The notes under the pieces are model-generated. The model did not search any database, was not told the origin of the DNA, and was given only the letters and a program-made list of their open reading frames with translations. This document shows positions 43,826 through 52,445 of a stretch of 64,000 nt of DNA, in pieces; positions within the stretch are counted from its first letter, which is position 1; the number at the start of each line of letters is the position of its first letter. The stretch lies in assembly GCA_963851405.1 (NCBI GenBank), contig CAWKPB010000007.1, forward strand, positions 421,117-485,116, read 5' to 3'. Made by a program: the position numbers and the translations under genes. The DNA is from an uncultured Actinomycetota bacterium. GTDB lineage: Bacteria; Actinomycetota; Actinomycetes; DATJPE01.

Positions 43826-44860
43826 GTGGAGGACCACGAACCCGTACGCCTTGCTTCGCTGACGACGCTGCGCGTCGGCGGTCCCTGTCTCGGGTTTGTG
43901 GAGGCGTCCAGCGAAGCCGAGCTCGTGGATGTAGTCGCAGCCCTGGATGAGGCCGGTGAGCCGCTGCTGATCGTGGGCGGCGGGTCCAACCTCGTGGTCG
44001 CTGACGCCGGCTTCCCCGGTACGGTCGTGCGGATCGCGACGCGCGGGATCGACGTGCCGGAGGGCACCGGCGAGCACGTCGACGTCAGCCTGGCCGCCGG
44101 CGAGCCGTGGGAGCCGTTCGTGGAGCGCGCGGTGGACGAGGGCTGGTCCGGGGTCGAGGCGATGTCCGGGATCCCCGGCCTGGCTGGGGCGACACCGGTG
44201 CAAAACGTCGGGGCGTACGGCCAGGAGCTGGCCGATGTCCTGGTTAGCGTGCGCGTCTATGACCGGGCCGAGCGCGCTGTCGTCGAGCTCCGCGCGACGG
44301 ACTGCGGCTTCGGCTACCGCACGTCGCGCTTCAAGCGAGACGAGCGTTGGGTCGTGCTCTCCGCAACACTGCGACTCCAGCGGTCGAACCTGGCGCCGCC
44401 CCTCGCGTACGCCGAGCTCGCTCGCACGCTCGGGTCTCAGCTCGGTCGGCGGGTGCCCACCGGAGCCGTACGCGCAGCCGTGCTGGGGCTGCGCCGCGGT
44501 AAGGGGATGGTCGAGGATCCGTCTGACCTTGACACAGCCAGCGTCGGCTCTTTCTTTACCAACCCCATCGTCTCGGCCAACGTCGCTGACCTGCTTCCTC
44601 CCACGGCTCCCCGCTTCAGCCAGCCCGACGGGCGGGTGAAGCTCTCGGCGGCCTGGCTGATCGAGCAGGCTGGATTTGCCCGCGAGCACGGGCACGGCGA
44701 CGCGCGTGTGTCCAGCAAGCACACGCTGGCGCTCACCAACCGAGGGTCGGCGACCACCGAGCAGCTGCTAGACCTGGCCCGCGAGATCCGGGACGAAGTG
44801 CGCCGCGTCTTCGGTGTCGAGCTGATCCCGGAGCCGCGCCTCGTCGGCTGCGCCCTGTAA
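43826..44860 (+). CDS. murB: UDP-N-acetylenolpyruvoylglucosamine reductase
   Basis: GGGSNL, GIPG..QNVGAYG, FGYRTSRFK, GSFFTNP, KHTLAL and terminal PEP. Confidence 0.95.
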   Translation: MEDHEPVRLASLTTLRVGGPCLGFVEASSEAELVDVVAALDEAGEPLLIVGGGSNLVVADAGFPGTVVRIATRGIDVPEGTGEHVDVSLAAGEPWEPFVERAVDEGWSGVEAMSGIPGLAGATPVQNVGAYGQELADVLVSVRVYDRAERAVVELRATDCGFGYRTSRFKRDERWVVLSATLRLQRSNLAPPLAYAELARTLGSQLGRRVPTGAVRAAVLGLRRGKGMVEDPSDLDTASVGSFFTNPIVSANVADLLPPTAPRFSQPDGRVKLSAAWLIEQAGFAREHGHGDARVSSKHTLALTNRGSATTEQLLDLAREIRDEVRRVFGVELIPEPRLVGCAL

Positions 44861-44877
44861 TCCCGCACACTTCCCCG

Positions 44878-44934
44878 CGAGTGCGGCGAAGTGGACCCTT
44901 TCGGCGGCGAAAAGGGTCGTCTTCTCGGCATTCG
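44878..44934. repeat. 57-bp palindromic element, copy F
   Basis: CGAGTGCGGCGAAGTGGACCCTTTCGGCGGCGAAAAGGGTCGTCTTCTCGGCATTCG; flanked by G and G. Confidence 0.9.
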
Positions 44935-45009
44935 GCAGGGCTGGCGGGGGGGCGGGCCGGGGGCGTCCCGGCGGGGAACACCGAGGCCCGATCCGTGGTT
45001 GGGACGTTC

Positions 45010-45543
45010 ATGGCCATCAAACGCTTGAACCATGCCGTCCTGTATGTGCGCGACGCCGCTCGGTCCAGCGCGTTCTACGCCGACGTCCTTGGTTTCGTCC
45101 CCGCCATGGGCGACCAGGCGGAGGTGATCCCGGGAGCGGTGTTTCTCCGGGCGCCGGACTCGACGAACGACCACGATCTCGGATTGTTCACGGTGGGCGC
45201 CAGCGCCGCGGCCTCGCCAGCCGGTCGGGGCGCCGTCGGGCTGTACCACCTGGCCTGGGAGGTACGGACCCTCGCTGATCTCCAGGCGTACGCCTCCCGG
45301 TTGACCGCAGCGGGAGCACTGGTCGGGGCCACCGACCACGGCACGACCAAGGCACTGTATGCCCGGGATCTCGATGGGATCGAGTTCGAGGTCATGTGGC
45401 TGGTCCCGGCCGACCGCTTGGACGCGGCGACCTTGGAGGCTCGGACCCGCCTCGAACCCCTCGACCTTGCCGCCGAGATCGAGCGCTACGGCGCGGACAC
45501 CGAGGGCGGAGTCGGCATTTCGGAAGCGGCCCGAGCGGGGTGA
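45010..45543 (+). CDS. VOC/glyoxalase family protein
   Basis: LNHAVLYVRD..FYADVLGF, GLYHLAWEV and LYARDLDGIEFEV. Confidence 0.88.
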   Translation: MAIKRLNHAVLYVRDAARSSAFYADVLGFVPAMGDQAEVIPGAVFLRAPDSTNDHDLGLFTVGASAAASPAGRGAVGLYHLAWEVRTLADLQAYASRLTAAGALVGATDHGTTKALYARDLDGIEFEVMWLVPADRLDAATLEARTRLEPLDLAAEIERYGADTEGGVGISEAARAG

Positions 45544-45585
45544 GCCGAGGCTCGGCAGCCTCCAATCCGCGGCCCATTCTCCCCG

Positions 45586-45642
45586 CGAGTGCCGCGAAGC
45601 GGCCCGTTTTCGCGGCCAAAAAGGTCGTCTTCTCGGCACTCG
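45586..45642. repeat. 57-bp palindromic element, copy G
   Basis: CGAGTGCCGCGAAGCGGCCCGTTTTCGCGGCCAAAAAGGTCGTCTTCTCGGCACTCG; flanked by G and G. Confidence 0.9.
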
Positions 45643-45649
45643 GCGGGAT

Positions 45650-45701
45650 GGGGGCTGGGCTAGGGGGCTGGGCTAGGGGGCTGGGCTAGGGGGCTGGGCT
45701 A
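45650..45701 (+). repeat. 13-bp tandem repeat GGGGGCTGGGCTA x4
   Basis: Four exact units right of element G, overlapping the add stop codon. Confidence 0.92.
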
Positions 45702-46725
45702 GCCAGGTGTCGACTCCGCGCAGCAGGGACTCCCGCCGATCAGCCGGTGCGCAGGAGGCCTCGATGGAGGTACGGGCCACCGCCGCCAGTTCCACGTCGG
45801 TCATGGCGTGGTGCGTGCGCCCCAGCTCGTACTGCTCGGCCACCCGGCCGCCGAACAGCAGCGGGTCGTCGGCGCCCAGCGCAAACCGGGCGCCAGCATC
45901 GATCAAGGCCCGCAGCGGCACGTCAGCCGGCTCGGCGTAGACCCCGAGGGAGAGGTTGGACGTCGGGCAGACCTCCAGCGTCACGCCCGCCTCCACGACG
46001 GCGCGGAGCACCTCGTGGTCCTCTGTCGACCGGACGCCGTGGCCGATCCGGTCCGCGCCGAGCAACTCCAGACACGACCGTACGTTCTCCGGCCCCAGCA
46101 GCTCTCCGCCGTGCGGCACCTTGGCCAGGCCGGCGTCGGCGGCGATCGCGAAGGCCGGAGCGAAGTCCTGGGTCAGGCCCCGGCGTTCATCGTTGGCCAG
46201 GCCGAATCCGACGACGCCCCGACCGGCATGCAGGGCGGCCAGTCTGGCCAGGGTGCGCGCATCCAACGGATGGCGGGTGCGATTGGCTCCGACGATCAGC
46301 CCCAGGCCAATGCCGGTACGGGCGGCCGCATCAGCCGCGGCGTCGAGCACGAGTTCCACGAACGCGGTCAGTCCGTCGAATCGGTTGGCGTACCCGCTCG
46401 GGTCCACCTGGATCTCCAGCCACCCCGACCCATCGGCGACCTCGTCCTCGGCGACCTCGCGGAGCAGCCGCCGCACGTCCGACTCGTCCCGCAGCACGGC
46501 TCGAGCAGCGTCGTACAGTCGCTGAAAGCGGAACCAACCGCGCTCGTCGGTCGCCGCCATCAGGTGCGGATGCGCGTCGCGCAGCGTGTCCGGCAGGCGC
46601 AGGCCGTGCTTGTCGGCCAACTCGAGCATCGTCGAGTGCCTCAGGGCGCCGGTGAAATGTAGGTGCAGGTGCGCCTTCGGCAATCGCCTCAGGTCGCGCC
46701 GGTCGGCGGCCCCGTCGGCGCTCAG
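45673..46725 (-). CDS. add: Adenosine deaminase (probable CTG start at 46725; first canonical start is TTG 46683)
   Basis: [26 protein letters not shown] and GADDP. Confidence 0.92.
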   Translation of the reverse strand: MSADGAADRRDLRRLPKAHLHLHFTGALRHSTMLELADKHGLRLPDTLRDAHPHLMAATDERGWFRFQRLYDAARAVLRDESDVRRLLREVAEDEVADGSGWLEIQVDPSGYANRFDGLTAFVELVLDAAADAAARTGIGLGLIVGANRTRHPLDARTLARLAALHAGRGVVGFGLANDERRGLTQDFAPAFAIAADAGLAKVPHGGELLGPENVRSCLELLGADRIGHGVRSTEDHEVLRAVVEAGVTLEVCPTSNLSLGVYAEPADVPLRALIDAGARFALGADDPLLFGGRVAEQYELGRTHHAMTDVELAAVARTSIEASCAPADRRESLLRGVDTWLAQPPSPAP

Positions 46726-47936
46726 TCGACGGCCTCCGCGAACAGCGTCTGAATGCGCGTGACGCCCTCGACCAGGTCCTCGTCACCTAGGGCGTAGGAC
46801 AGGCGCAGGTAGCCCGGCGTGCCGAACGCCTCGCCTGGGACCACCGCCACCTCGACCTCATCGAGGATCAGGGCGGCGAGGTCAATGGAGGTTTTCGGCC
46901 GCTGTCCTCGGAGCTCGCGACCGAGCATGCCCTTCACCGACGGGTAGGCGTAGAAGGCGCCCTGCGGCTCCGGGCAGGTGACGCCCGGTGTCTCGTTGAG
47001 CATCCGGACGATGGTCAGCCGGCGTCGGTCGAATGCAGACCGCATCTGCTCGACCGCGGTCAGGTCGCCGGTCACGGCCGCCAGCGCTGCGACCTGGGAG
47101 ACGTTGGCGACGTTGGAGGTCGCGTGCGACTGCATGTTCGTGGCTGCCTTGACGACGTCCGCCGGACCGAGCATCCAGCCCACGCGCCACCCGGTCATCG
47201 CGTACGTCTTCGCCACCCCGTTGACCACGACGCACTGGTCGGCCAGTTCGGGCACGACCACCGGCATCGAGACGAATTCGGCGTCCCCGTACGTCAGGTG
47301 CTCGTAGATCTCGTCGGTGATCACCCACAGGCCATGCTCGACCGCCCACCGCCCGATGGCCTCGACCTGGTCGGGGGGATACACCGCGCCGGTCGGGTTG
47401 GAGGGGGAGACGAAGACCAGAGCCTTGGTCCGCGGGGTCCGAGCGGCTTCGAGCGCAGCCACCGAGGCGAGGTAGCCCGTGGTCTCGTCGGTGGCGACTT
47501 CGACGGTGACTCCGCCGGCCAGCGCGATCGATTCGGGGTAGGTCGTCCAGTACGGCGCTGGCAGCAGGACCTCGTCGCCCGGGTCGAGCAGGGCCGCGAA
47601 GGCGTTGTAGAGCGCCTGCTTACCCCCGTTGGTGATCAGCACCTGGTTGGTCTCGACCGAGTAGCCGGAGTCGCGCAGGGTCTTGGCGGCGACGGCAGCC
47701 TTCAGCTCGGGCAGCCCGCCCGCGGGGGTGTAGCGGTGCCACTTGGGGTCCCGGCAGGCCGCCTCAGCAGCCGCGACGATCGGCGCGGGGGTCGGGAAGT
47801 CCGGTTCGCCGGCGCCGAAGCCGATGACCGGTCGACCGGCGGCCTTGAGGGCCTTCGCCTTGGCGTCGACGGCGAGAGTGGCGGACTCGGCGATGGCGCC
47901 GACACGGGCGGAGACACGGCGGGAAGGTGCGACCAT
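46722..47936 (-). CDS. Class I/II PLP aminotransferase (aspartate aminotransferase)
   Basis: GEPDF, SPSNPTG, DEIYE and [12 protein letters not shown]. Confidence 0.93.
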   Translation of the reverse strand: MVAPSRRVSARVGAIAESATLAVDAKAKALKAAGRPVIGFGAGEPDFPTPAPIVAAAEAACRDPKWHRYTPAGGLPELKAAVAAKTLRDSGYSVETNQVLITNGGKQALYNAFAALLDPGDEVLLPAPYWTTYPESIALAGGVTVEVATDETTGYLASVAALEAARTPRTKALVFVSPSNPTGAVYPPDQVEAIGRWAVEHGLWVITDEIYEHLTYGDAEFVSMPVVVPELADQCVVVNGVAKTYAMTGWRVGWMLGPADVVKAATNMQSHATSNVANVSQVAALAAVTGDLTAVEQMRSAFDRRRLTIVRMLNETPGVTCPEPQGAFYAYPSVKGMLGRELRGQRPKTSIDLAALILDEVEVAVVPGEAFGTPGYLRLSYALGDEDLVEGVTRIQTLFAEAVD

Positions 47937-48069
47937 GGGGTCATCGTCCCACGGGCCGGATTCGGCGCGGTTCGACCTCAGCGGTTCGAACGACGTACAC
48001 TCGCCGACTGGTGGTACGCCGCCGCGCGTGAGCCTGCCCTGAGTTGGCCTGCGAGCGGTGGAGCACCGA

Positions 48070-48142
48070 AGGGCCGTAGCTCAATTGGCAGAGTCCCGGT
48101 CTCCAAAACCGGTGGTTGTGGGTTCGAGTCCCTCCGGCCCTG
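48070..48142 (+). tRNA. tRNA-Trp (CCA)
   Basis: AGGGCCG/CGGCCCT stem, CTCCAAA loop and GGTTCGAGTCC; usual position before secE. Confidence 0.97.
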
Positions 48143-48208
48143 CCCTTGACCGACCAGCATGAAAAGCGCGACCGGTGCGATCGAACGTCGAGACGAAGGA
48201 GCGATGAG

Positions 48209-48460
48209 ATGAGCGAGACCCGCACCGCCTCCTCGGGTGCTCGGTCGTCCGAGGGCCGCGATGGGTGGTTCACCCGGGTCAGACTGTTCATCCGTCAGGT
48301 CATCGCCGAACTGCGCAAGGTCGTGTGGCCCACGCGCAGCCAGCTCATCACTTACACGACGGTGGTGCTGTTCTTCGTCACGGCCATGATGGCCATCGTG
48401 GCCGTTTACGACATCTTCGTGAGCAGACTTGTGCAATGGGTGTTCGGGGGCGGTTCCTGA
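48209..48460 (+). CDS. secE: Preprotein translocase subunit SecE
   Basis: [10 protein letters not shown] plus one TM helix. Confidence 0.95.
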   Translation: MSETRTASSGARSSEGRDGWFTRVRLFIRQVIAELRKVVWPTRSQLITYTTVVLFFVTAMMAIVAVYDIFVSRLVQWVFGGGS

Positions 48461-48539
48461 ACACCCCAGATCTACCGGTCGCCGTCCAGGGCGGCCGAGT
48501 TCCCCCCACCGTTTCCAGCCGAAGGAAGTCAGTAGCACC

Positions 48540-49385
48540 GTGAGCGACATGGTCCCCTCGACCGACATCGCCGAAGCGAACGCTTCGAGCGACGCCCCCG
48601 ACGCCGTCGACACTGGCGAGGCCATCGAGGCCATCGAGGCCATCGAGGCCATCGAGGTCATCGAGGTCATCGAGGTCGAGGCCGAAGCGTCCGTCGACCC
48701 GGTCACCGGCGAGATCGATGCACCAGCAGCCGATGCGTCCGAGCCGACCGCCGCTGGCGAGGCGGTGGTGACCGCCGATGCGTCGACCGACGCGACGGCC
48801 GAGGAGATCGACCCGGTCGAGGAGTTTCGTCGGGAACTGATCGTGCAGGACGGCGAGTGGTACGTCGTCCACTCCTACGCCGGCTACGAAAACCGCGTGA
48901 AGGTCAACCTCGAGAGCCGGATCACCTCGCTCAACATGGAGGAGTACATCTTCCAGGTCGAGGTGCCCATCGAGGACGTCGTCGAGATCAAGAGCGGCCA
49001 ACGCAAGAACGTGCGCCGCAACAAGTTCCCCGGCTATGTCCTAGTGCGCATCGAGCTCACCGACGAGTCCTGGTCCGCGGTCCGCCACACGCCCGGGGTC
49101 ACCGGTTTCGTGGGCCACGCACATCAGCCGACACCGCTCACCGTGGACGAGGTCATCTCGATCCTCGGCCCGACCGTCGAGGCAGCGACCCCCGCTGCCG
49201 CACCGGTCACCGTCCTCGACTTCGAGGTCGGGGACTCGGTCACCGTGGTCGATGGGCCGTTCGCGACCCTGCAGGCGACCATTCACGAGATCAACCCCGA
49301 CACCCAGCGCATCAAGGGACTCGTCGAGATCTTCGGCCGGGAGACACCGGTCGAACTGTCGTTCAATCAGATTCAGAAGAACTGA
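48540..49385 (+). CDS. nusG: Transcription factor NusG with acidic N-terminal extension
   Basis: [22 protein letters not shown] and [17 protein letters not shown]. Confidence 0.96.
   Translation: MSDMVPSTDIAEANASSDAPDAVDTGEAIEAIEAIEAIEVIEVIEVEAEASVDPVTGEIDAPAADASEPTAAGEAVVTADASTDATAEEIDPVEEFRRELIVQDGEWYVVHSYAGYENRVKVNLESRITSLNMEEYIFQVEVPIEDVVEIKSGQRKNVRRNKFPGYVLVRIELTDESWSAVRHTPGVTGFVGHAHQPTPLTVDEVISILGPTVEAATPAAAPVTVLDFEVGDSVTVVDGPFATLQATIHEINPDTQRIKGLVEIFGRETPVELSFNQIQKN
48618..48677 (+). repeat. In-frame 9-bp tandem repeat (GAGGCCATC x4, GAGGTCATC x2 plus partial)
   Basis: Encodes [20 protein letters not shown] in the NusG N-terminus. Confidence 0.92.
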
Positions 49386-49402
49386 GATAGGGACTAACCA
49401 GC

Positions 49403-49834
49403 ATGCCTCCCAAGAAGAAGCTCGCAGCCATCATCAAGCTGCAGATCCAAGCCGGCGCAGCCAACCCGGCCCCGCCGGTTGGGCCTGCACTCGGCCAGCA
49501 CGGCGTCAACATCATGGAGTTCTGCAAGGCCTACAACGCCGCGACCGAGTCGCAGCGGGGACAGGTCGTGCCGGTAGAGATCTCCGTGTATGAGGACCGG
49601 TCGTTCACATTCATCACCAAGACGCCGCCCGCAGCCCGGCTCATCCTCAAGGCTGCTGGTGTCGAGAAGGGGTCCCCGACCCCTCAAAGCGTCAAGGTCG
49701 CCTCGATCACCCGCACCCAGGTGCGGGAGATCGCCGAGACCAAGATGCCCGACCTGAACGCCAACGACCTCGATGCCGCCGAAAAGATCATCGCCGGAAC
49801 CGCCCGCCAGATGGGCATCACGATCACCGGCTAG
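49403..49834 (+). CDS. rplK: 50S ribosomal protein L11
   Basis: [21 protein letters not shown]. Confidence 0.98.
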   Translation: MPPKKKLAAIIKLQIQAGAANPAPPVGPALGQHGVNIMEFCKAYNAATESQRGQVVPVEISVYEDRSFTFITKTPPAARLILKAAGVEKGSPTPQSVKVASITRTQVREIAETKMPDLNANDLDAAEKIIAGTARQMGITITG

Positions 49835-49859
49835 CACCACCTCTGGGTCACCTGACCCG

Positions 49860-49892
49860 CGTGGGAGGGCCTGCTTCGGCCCGCTGACCACG
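49860..49892 (+). promoter_or_regulatory. Putative L1-binding mRNA element between rplK and rplA
   Basis: CGTGG-GA-GGGCC..GGCCC-GCTGA-CCACG: two helices with an asymmetric internal loop, resembling the L1 site. Confidence 0.6.
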
Positions 49893-49924
49893 ACTCCATC
49901 GCACCATCCCTGAGGAGCAGCATC

Positions 49925-50665
49925 ATGAAGCGCAGCAAGTCCTACCGCGCAGCGGAAGCGACGTTCGACCGCAACGCCTTGTACACCCCCCTTCAGGCCA
50001 TCCGCCTGGCCAAGGAGAGCGCGACCACCAAGTACGACTCGACCATCGACGTGGCCATGGGCCTAGGCGTTGACCCGCGCAAGGCGGACCAGATGGTTCG
50101 TGGCACGGTCAACCTGCCGCACGGCACCGGCAAGACGGCCAAGGTTCTGGTCTTCGCGACGGGGGAACGCGCCGATGAGGCGCGCGCCGCTGGCGCTGAC
50201 GTGGTCGGCTCGGACGAGCTCATCGCAGAGGTCGAAAAGGGCCGCCTGGACTTTGACGCTGTCGTGTCAACGCCGGACCTGATGGGCAAGGTCGGCCGCC
50301 TCGGGCGGGTCCTCGGCCCGCGTGGTCTGATGCCCAACCCCAAGACCGGCACGGTCACTAACGACGTGGCCAAGGCGGTCAACGACATCAAGGGCGGCAA
50401 GATCGAGTTCCGGGTCGACCGCAACTCCAACTTGCACTTCATCATCGGCAAGGTGTCCTTCTCCGCCGAGCAGCTCGTGGAGAACTATGCGGCCGCGCTC
50501 GACGAGATCCTGCGGCTGAAGCCGTCGGCCTCCAAGGGCCGCTACATCCGCAAGGCCACCCTCTCAACCACGATGGGGCCTGGCATTCCGTTGGATCCCA
50601 ACAAGACGCGGGACCTGCTCACCACCGACGCTGACGACAACGTCGCCAGCGCCGTCAGCAGCTAG
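49925..50665 (+). CDS. rplA: 50S ribosomal protein L1
   Basis: [14 protein letters not shown] and [11 protein letters not shown]. Confidence 0.98.
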   Translation: MKRSKSYRAAEATFDRNALYTPLQAIRLAKESATTKYDSTIDVAMGLGVDPRKADQMVRGTVNLPHGTGKTAKVLVFATGERADEARAAGADVVGSDELIAEVEKGRLDFDAVVSTPDLMGKVGRLGRVLGPRGLMPNPKTGTVTNDVAKAVNDIKGGKIEFRVDRNSNLHFIIGKVSFSAEQLVENYAAALDEILRLKPSASKGRYIRKATLSTTMGPGIPLDPNKTRDLLTTDADDNVASAVSS

Positions 50666-50734
50666 GTCACCTCGGTTCAATCGGCCCGATGGTGGAGGCG
50701 ATTTGGTTGCCCCCACCATCAGGCCGTACTCTCC

Positions 50735-50880
50735 ACTGAAGCCAAAGACCGCTGGTCGATCGCCCTGCACGCAGGGAGATTCGAAGGTCCCGCATCGGGC
50801 GGCCCGCGTAGGTGCCAACGAACGAGCTTGAACCTGAGCCCGCCCCGTGCGCCTGCGCCGGGGCGTTGTGCATGTCAGGG
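50735..50880 (+). promoter_or_regulatory. Putative L10 leader (approximate bounds)
   Basis: Structured rplA-rplJ spacer with AAGACCGCTGG..GCGTAGG and a downstream CGCCCCG..CGGGGCG hairpin. Confidence 0.55.
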
Positions 50881-50911
50881 GCCATCCGGTGGACGTATCG
50901 GAAGGAGGCCC

Positions 50912-51664
50912 ATGGCGCGGCCCGACAAGACAGCCACCGTGGCTGAGCTGACGGAGGAGTTCCGCAGCAGCAACGCGGCAGTTCTCACGGAGTACCGCGG
51001 CCTGACGGTCGCCCAGCTCAAGGAGCTGCGGCGCTCGCTCGGCCAGACGACGAGCTATGCCGTCGTCAAGAACACTCTGACCAAGATTGCGGCCAAGAAC
51101 GCCGGCCTGGACACCTTCGATTCGATGCTCGCCGGTCCTTCGGCGATCGCGTTCGTCAAGGGTGACCCGGTCGAGGCCGCCAAGGGCCTGCGCGACTTTG
51201 CCAAGGCCAACCCGCTCCTGGTGATCAAGGGCGGCGTCATGGACGGCGCCCCGATCACAGCTGAGGACATCAAGAAGTTGGCCGACCTCGAGTCGCGTGA
51301 GGTGCTGCTGGCCAAGCTGGCTGGCGCCATGACCGCGTCCCTCTCGGGAGCAGTCAGCCTCTTCGCCGCTCCGTTGGCACAGACCGCTCGACTGATGGGT
51401 GCGCTCCAGGCCAAGGCGACCGCCGACCCCTCCATCCTCGCGGGTGGTACGGGGGAGCCTGAGGTCGCTGAGGCACCCGAGGTGACCGAGGAGCCGCAGG
51501 CCAGTTCCGAAGCCACTGAGGCACCCGAAGCTACTGAGGCACCCGAAGCGACAGACGTCGCCGATGGTGCTGAGGCCGAGAGCGCTGACAGCAGTGACAG
51601 CAGTGAGACCAACGACGGCGCCGACGGTGCCGTCAGCACGGAGACCGAGACCACCGAGGGCTGA
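50912..51664 (+). CDS. rplJ: 50S ribosomal protein L10 with long acidic C-terminal tail
   Basis: EYRGLTV and VVKNTL; GGAGG SD before ATG 50912. Confidence 0.97.
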   Translation: MARPDKTATVAELTEEFRSSNAAVLTEYRGLTVAQLKELRRSLGQTTSYAVVKNTLTKIAAKNAGLDTFDSMLAGPSAIAFVKGDPVEAAKGLRDFAKANPLLVIKGGVMDGAPITAEDIKKLADLESREVLLAKLAGAMTASLSGAVSLFAAPLAQTARLMGALQAKATADPSILAGGTGEPEVAEAPEVTEEPQASSEATEAPEATEAPEATDVADGAEAESADSSDSSETNDGADGAVSTETETTEG

Positions 51665-51716
51665 CGCCCGACCCACCCCCATGGGCGCCCCGCCCTGATC
51701 GAAAGGAACCGCCATC

Positions 51717-52109
51717 ATGGCGAAGCTCAGCACCGACGACCTGCTCGACGCGTTCAAGGAGATGTCTCTCCTCGACCTGTCGGACTTCGTCAAGCAGTTT
51801 GAAGAGACCTTCGGCGTCACCGCCGCCGCTCCCGTGGCCGTTGCGGCCGCAGCCCCCGCCGGGGGTGCCGGAGGCGGCGAGGCCGCTGCCGAGGAGAAGG
51901 ACGAGTTCGATGTCGTCCTCGAAGGCGCCGGCGAGAAGAAGATCCAGGTCATCAAGGAGGTCCGCGCCCTGACGAGCCTCGGCTTGAAGGAGGCCAAGGA
52001 CCTCGTGGACGGCACTCCGGCCGCCGTGCTGGAGAAGGTCGACAAAGAGACCGCTGACAAGGCGAAGGCCGCCCTCGAAGGCGCCGGCGCCACCGTCACC
52101 GTCAAGTAG
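51717..52109 (+). CDS. rplL: 50S ribosomal protein L7/L12
   Basis: [20 protein letters not shown]. Confidence 0.98.
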   Translation: MAKLSTDDLLDAFKEMSLLDLSDFVKQFEETFGVTAAAPVAVAAAAPAGGAGGGEAAAEEKDEFDVVLEGAGEKKIQVIKEVRALTSLGLKEAKDLVDGTPAAVLEKVDKETADKAKAALEGAGATVTVK

Positions 52110-52120
52110 ATCGACTTACT

Positions 52121-52172
52121 GCCACACTTCGGACCCGCTCTGCCGCGAGCGAGCGGGTCCGAAGCGTGTGGC
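52121..52172 (+). terminator. Long hairpin after rplL
   Basis: GCCACACTTCGGACCCGCTC pairing with GAGCGGGTCCGAAGCGTGTGGC. Confidence 0.8.
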
Positions 52173-52321
52173 TTCGGTCACAGCCGGGTCACGTTCCACA
52201 ATCAACAGTCGTGGGTGCTTGACCCGGCCCCGTGGCGATGCCACCCTCACTCTCCGTACGTTCTGACGTGACGCATCCGCCCTCACGGGCGGCGGTCCGC
52301 AGGCGAGAGTGAATGCTCCAC

Positions 52322-52351
52322 TCGACAGTGGCGTGCCCTGAGGGGTATGCT
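52322..52351 (+). promoter_or_regulatory. Putative sigma-A promoter for rpoB
   Basis: TCGACA-N18-TATGCT; a second candidate TTGACC-N17-CACCCT lies at 52219-52247. Confidence 0.55.
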
Positions 52352-52445
52352 GCCCGTTCGCGCTGCTCACCGACTCCCCCACGGCCTTGCTGTGGGCCGT
52401 CACGCATGCGCCGAAGTGCCTCGTGCCCTCGGAAGGACCACACTC

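Noticed and set aside
37962-47991. LexA/SOS boxes (GAACGATGTTC near 37963; GTTCGA..TCGAAC near 47970)
   Set aside because: Spacing or half-site order does not match the actinobacterial TCGAAC-N4-GTTCGA box.
41455-48142. Genomic island or prophage integrated at the tRNAs
   Set aside because: No integrase and no duplicated tRNA 3' end seen; neighbouring genes follow the usual core order.
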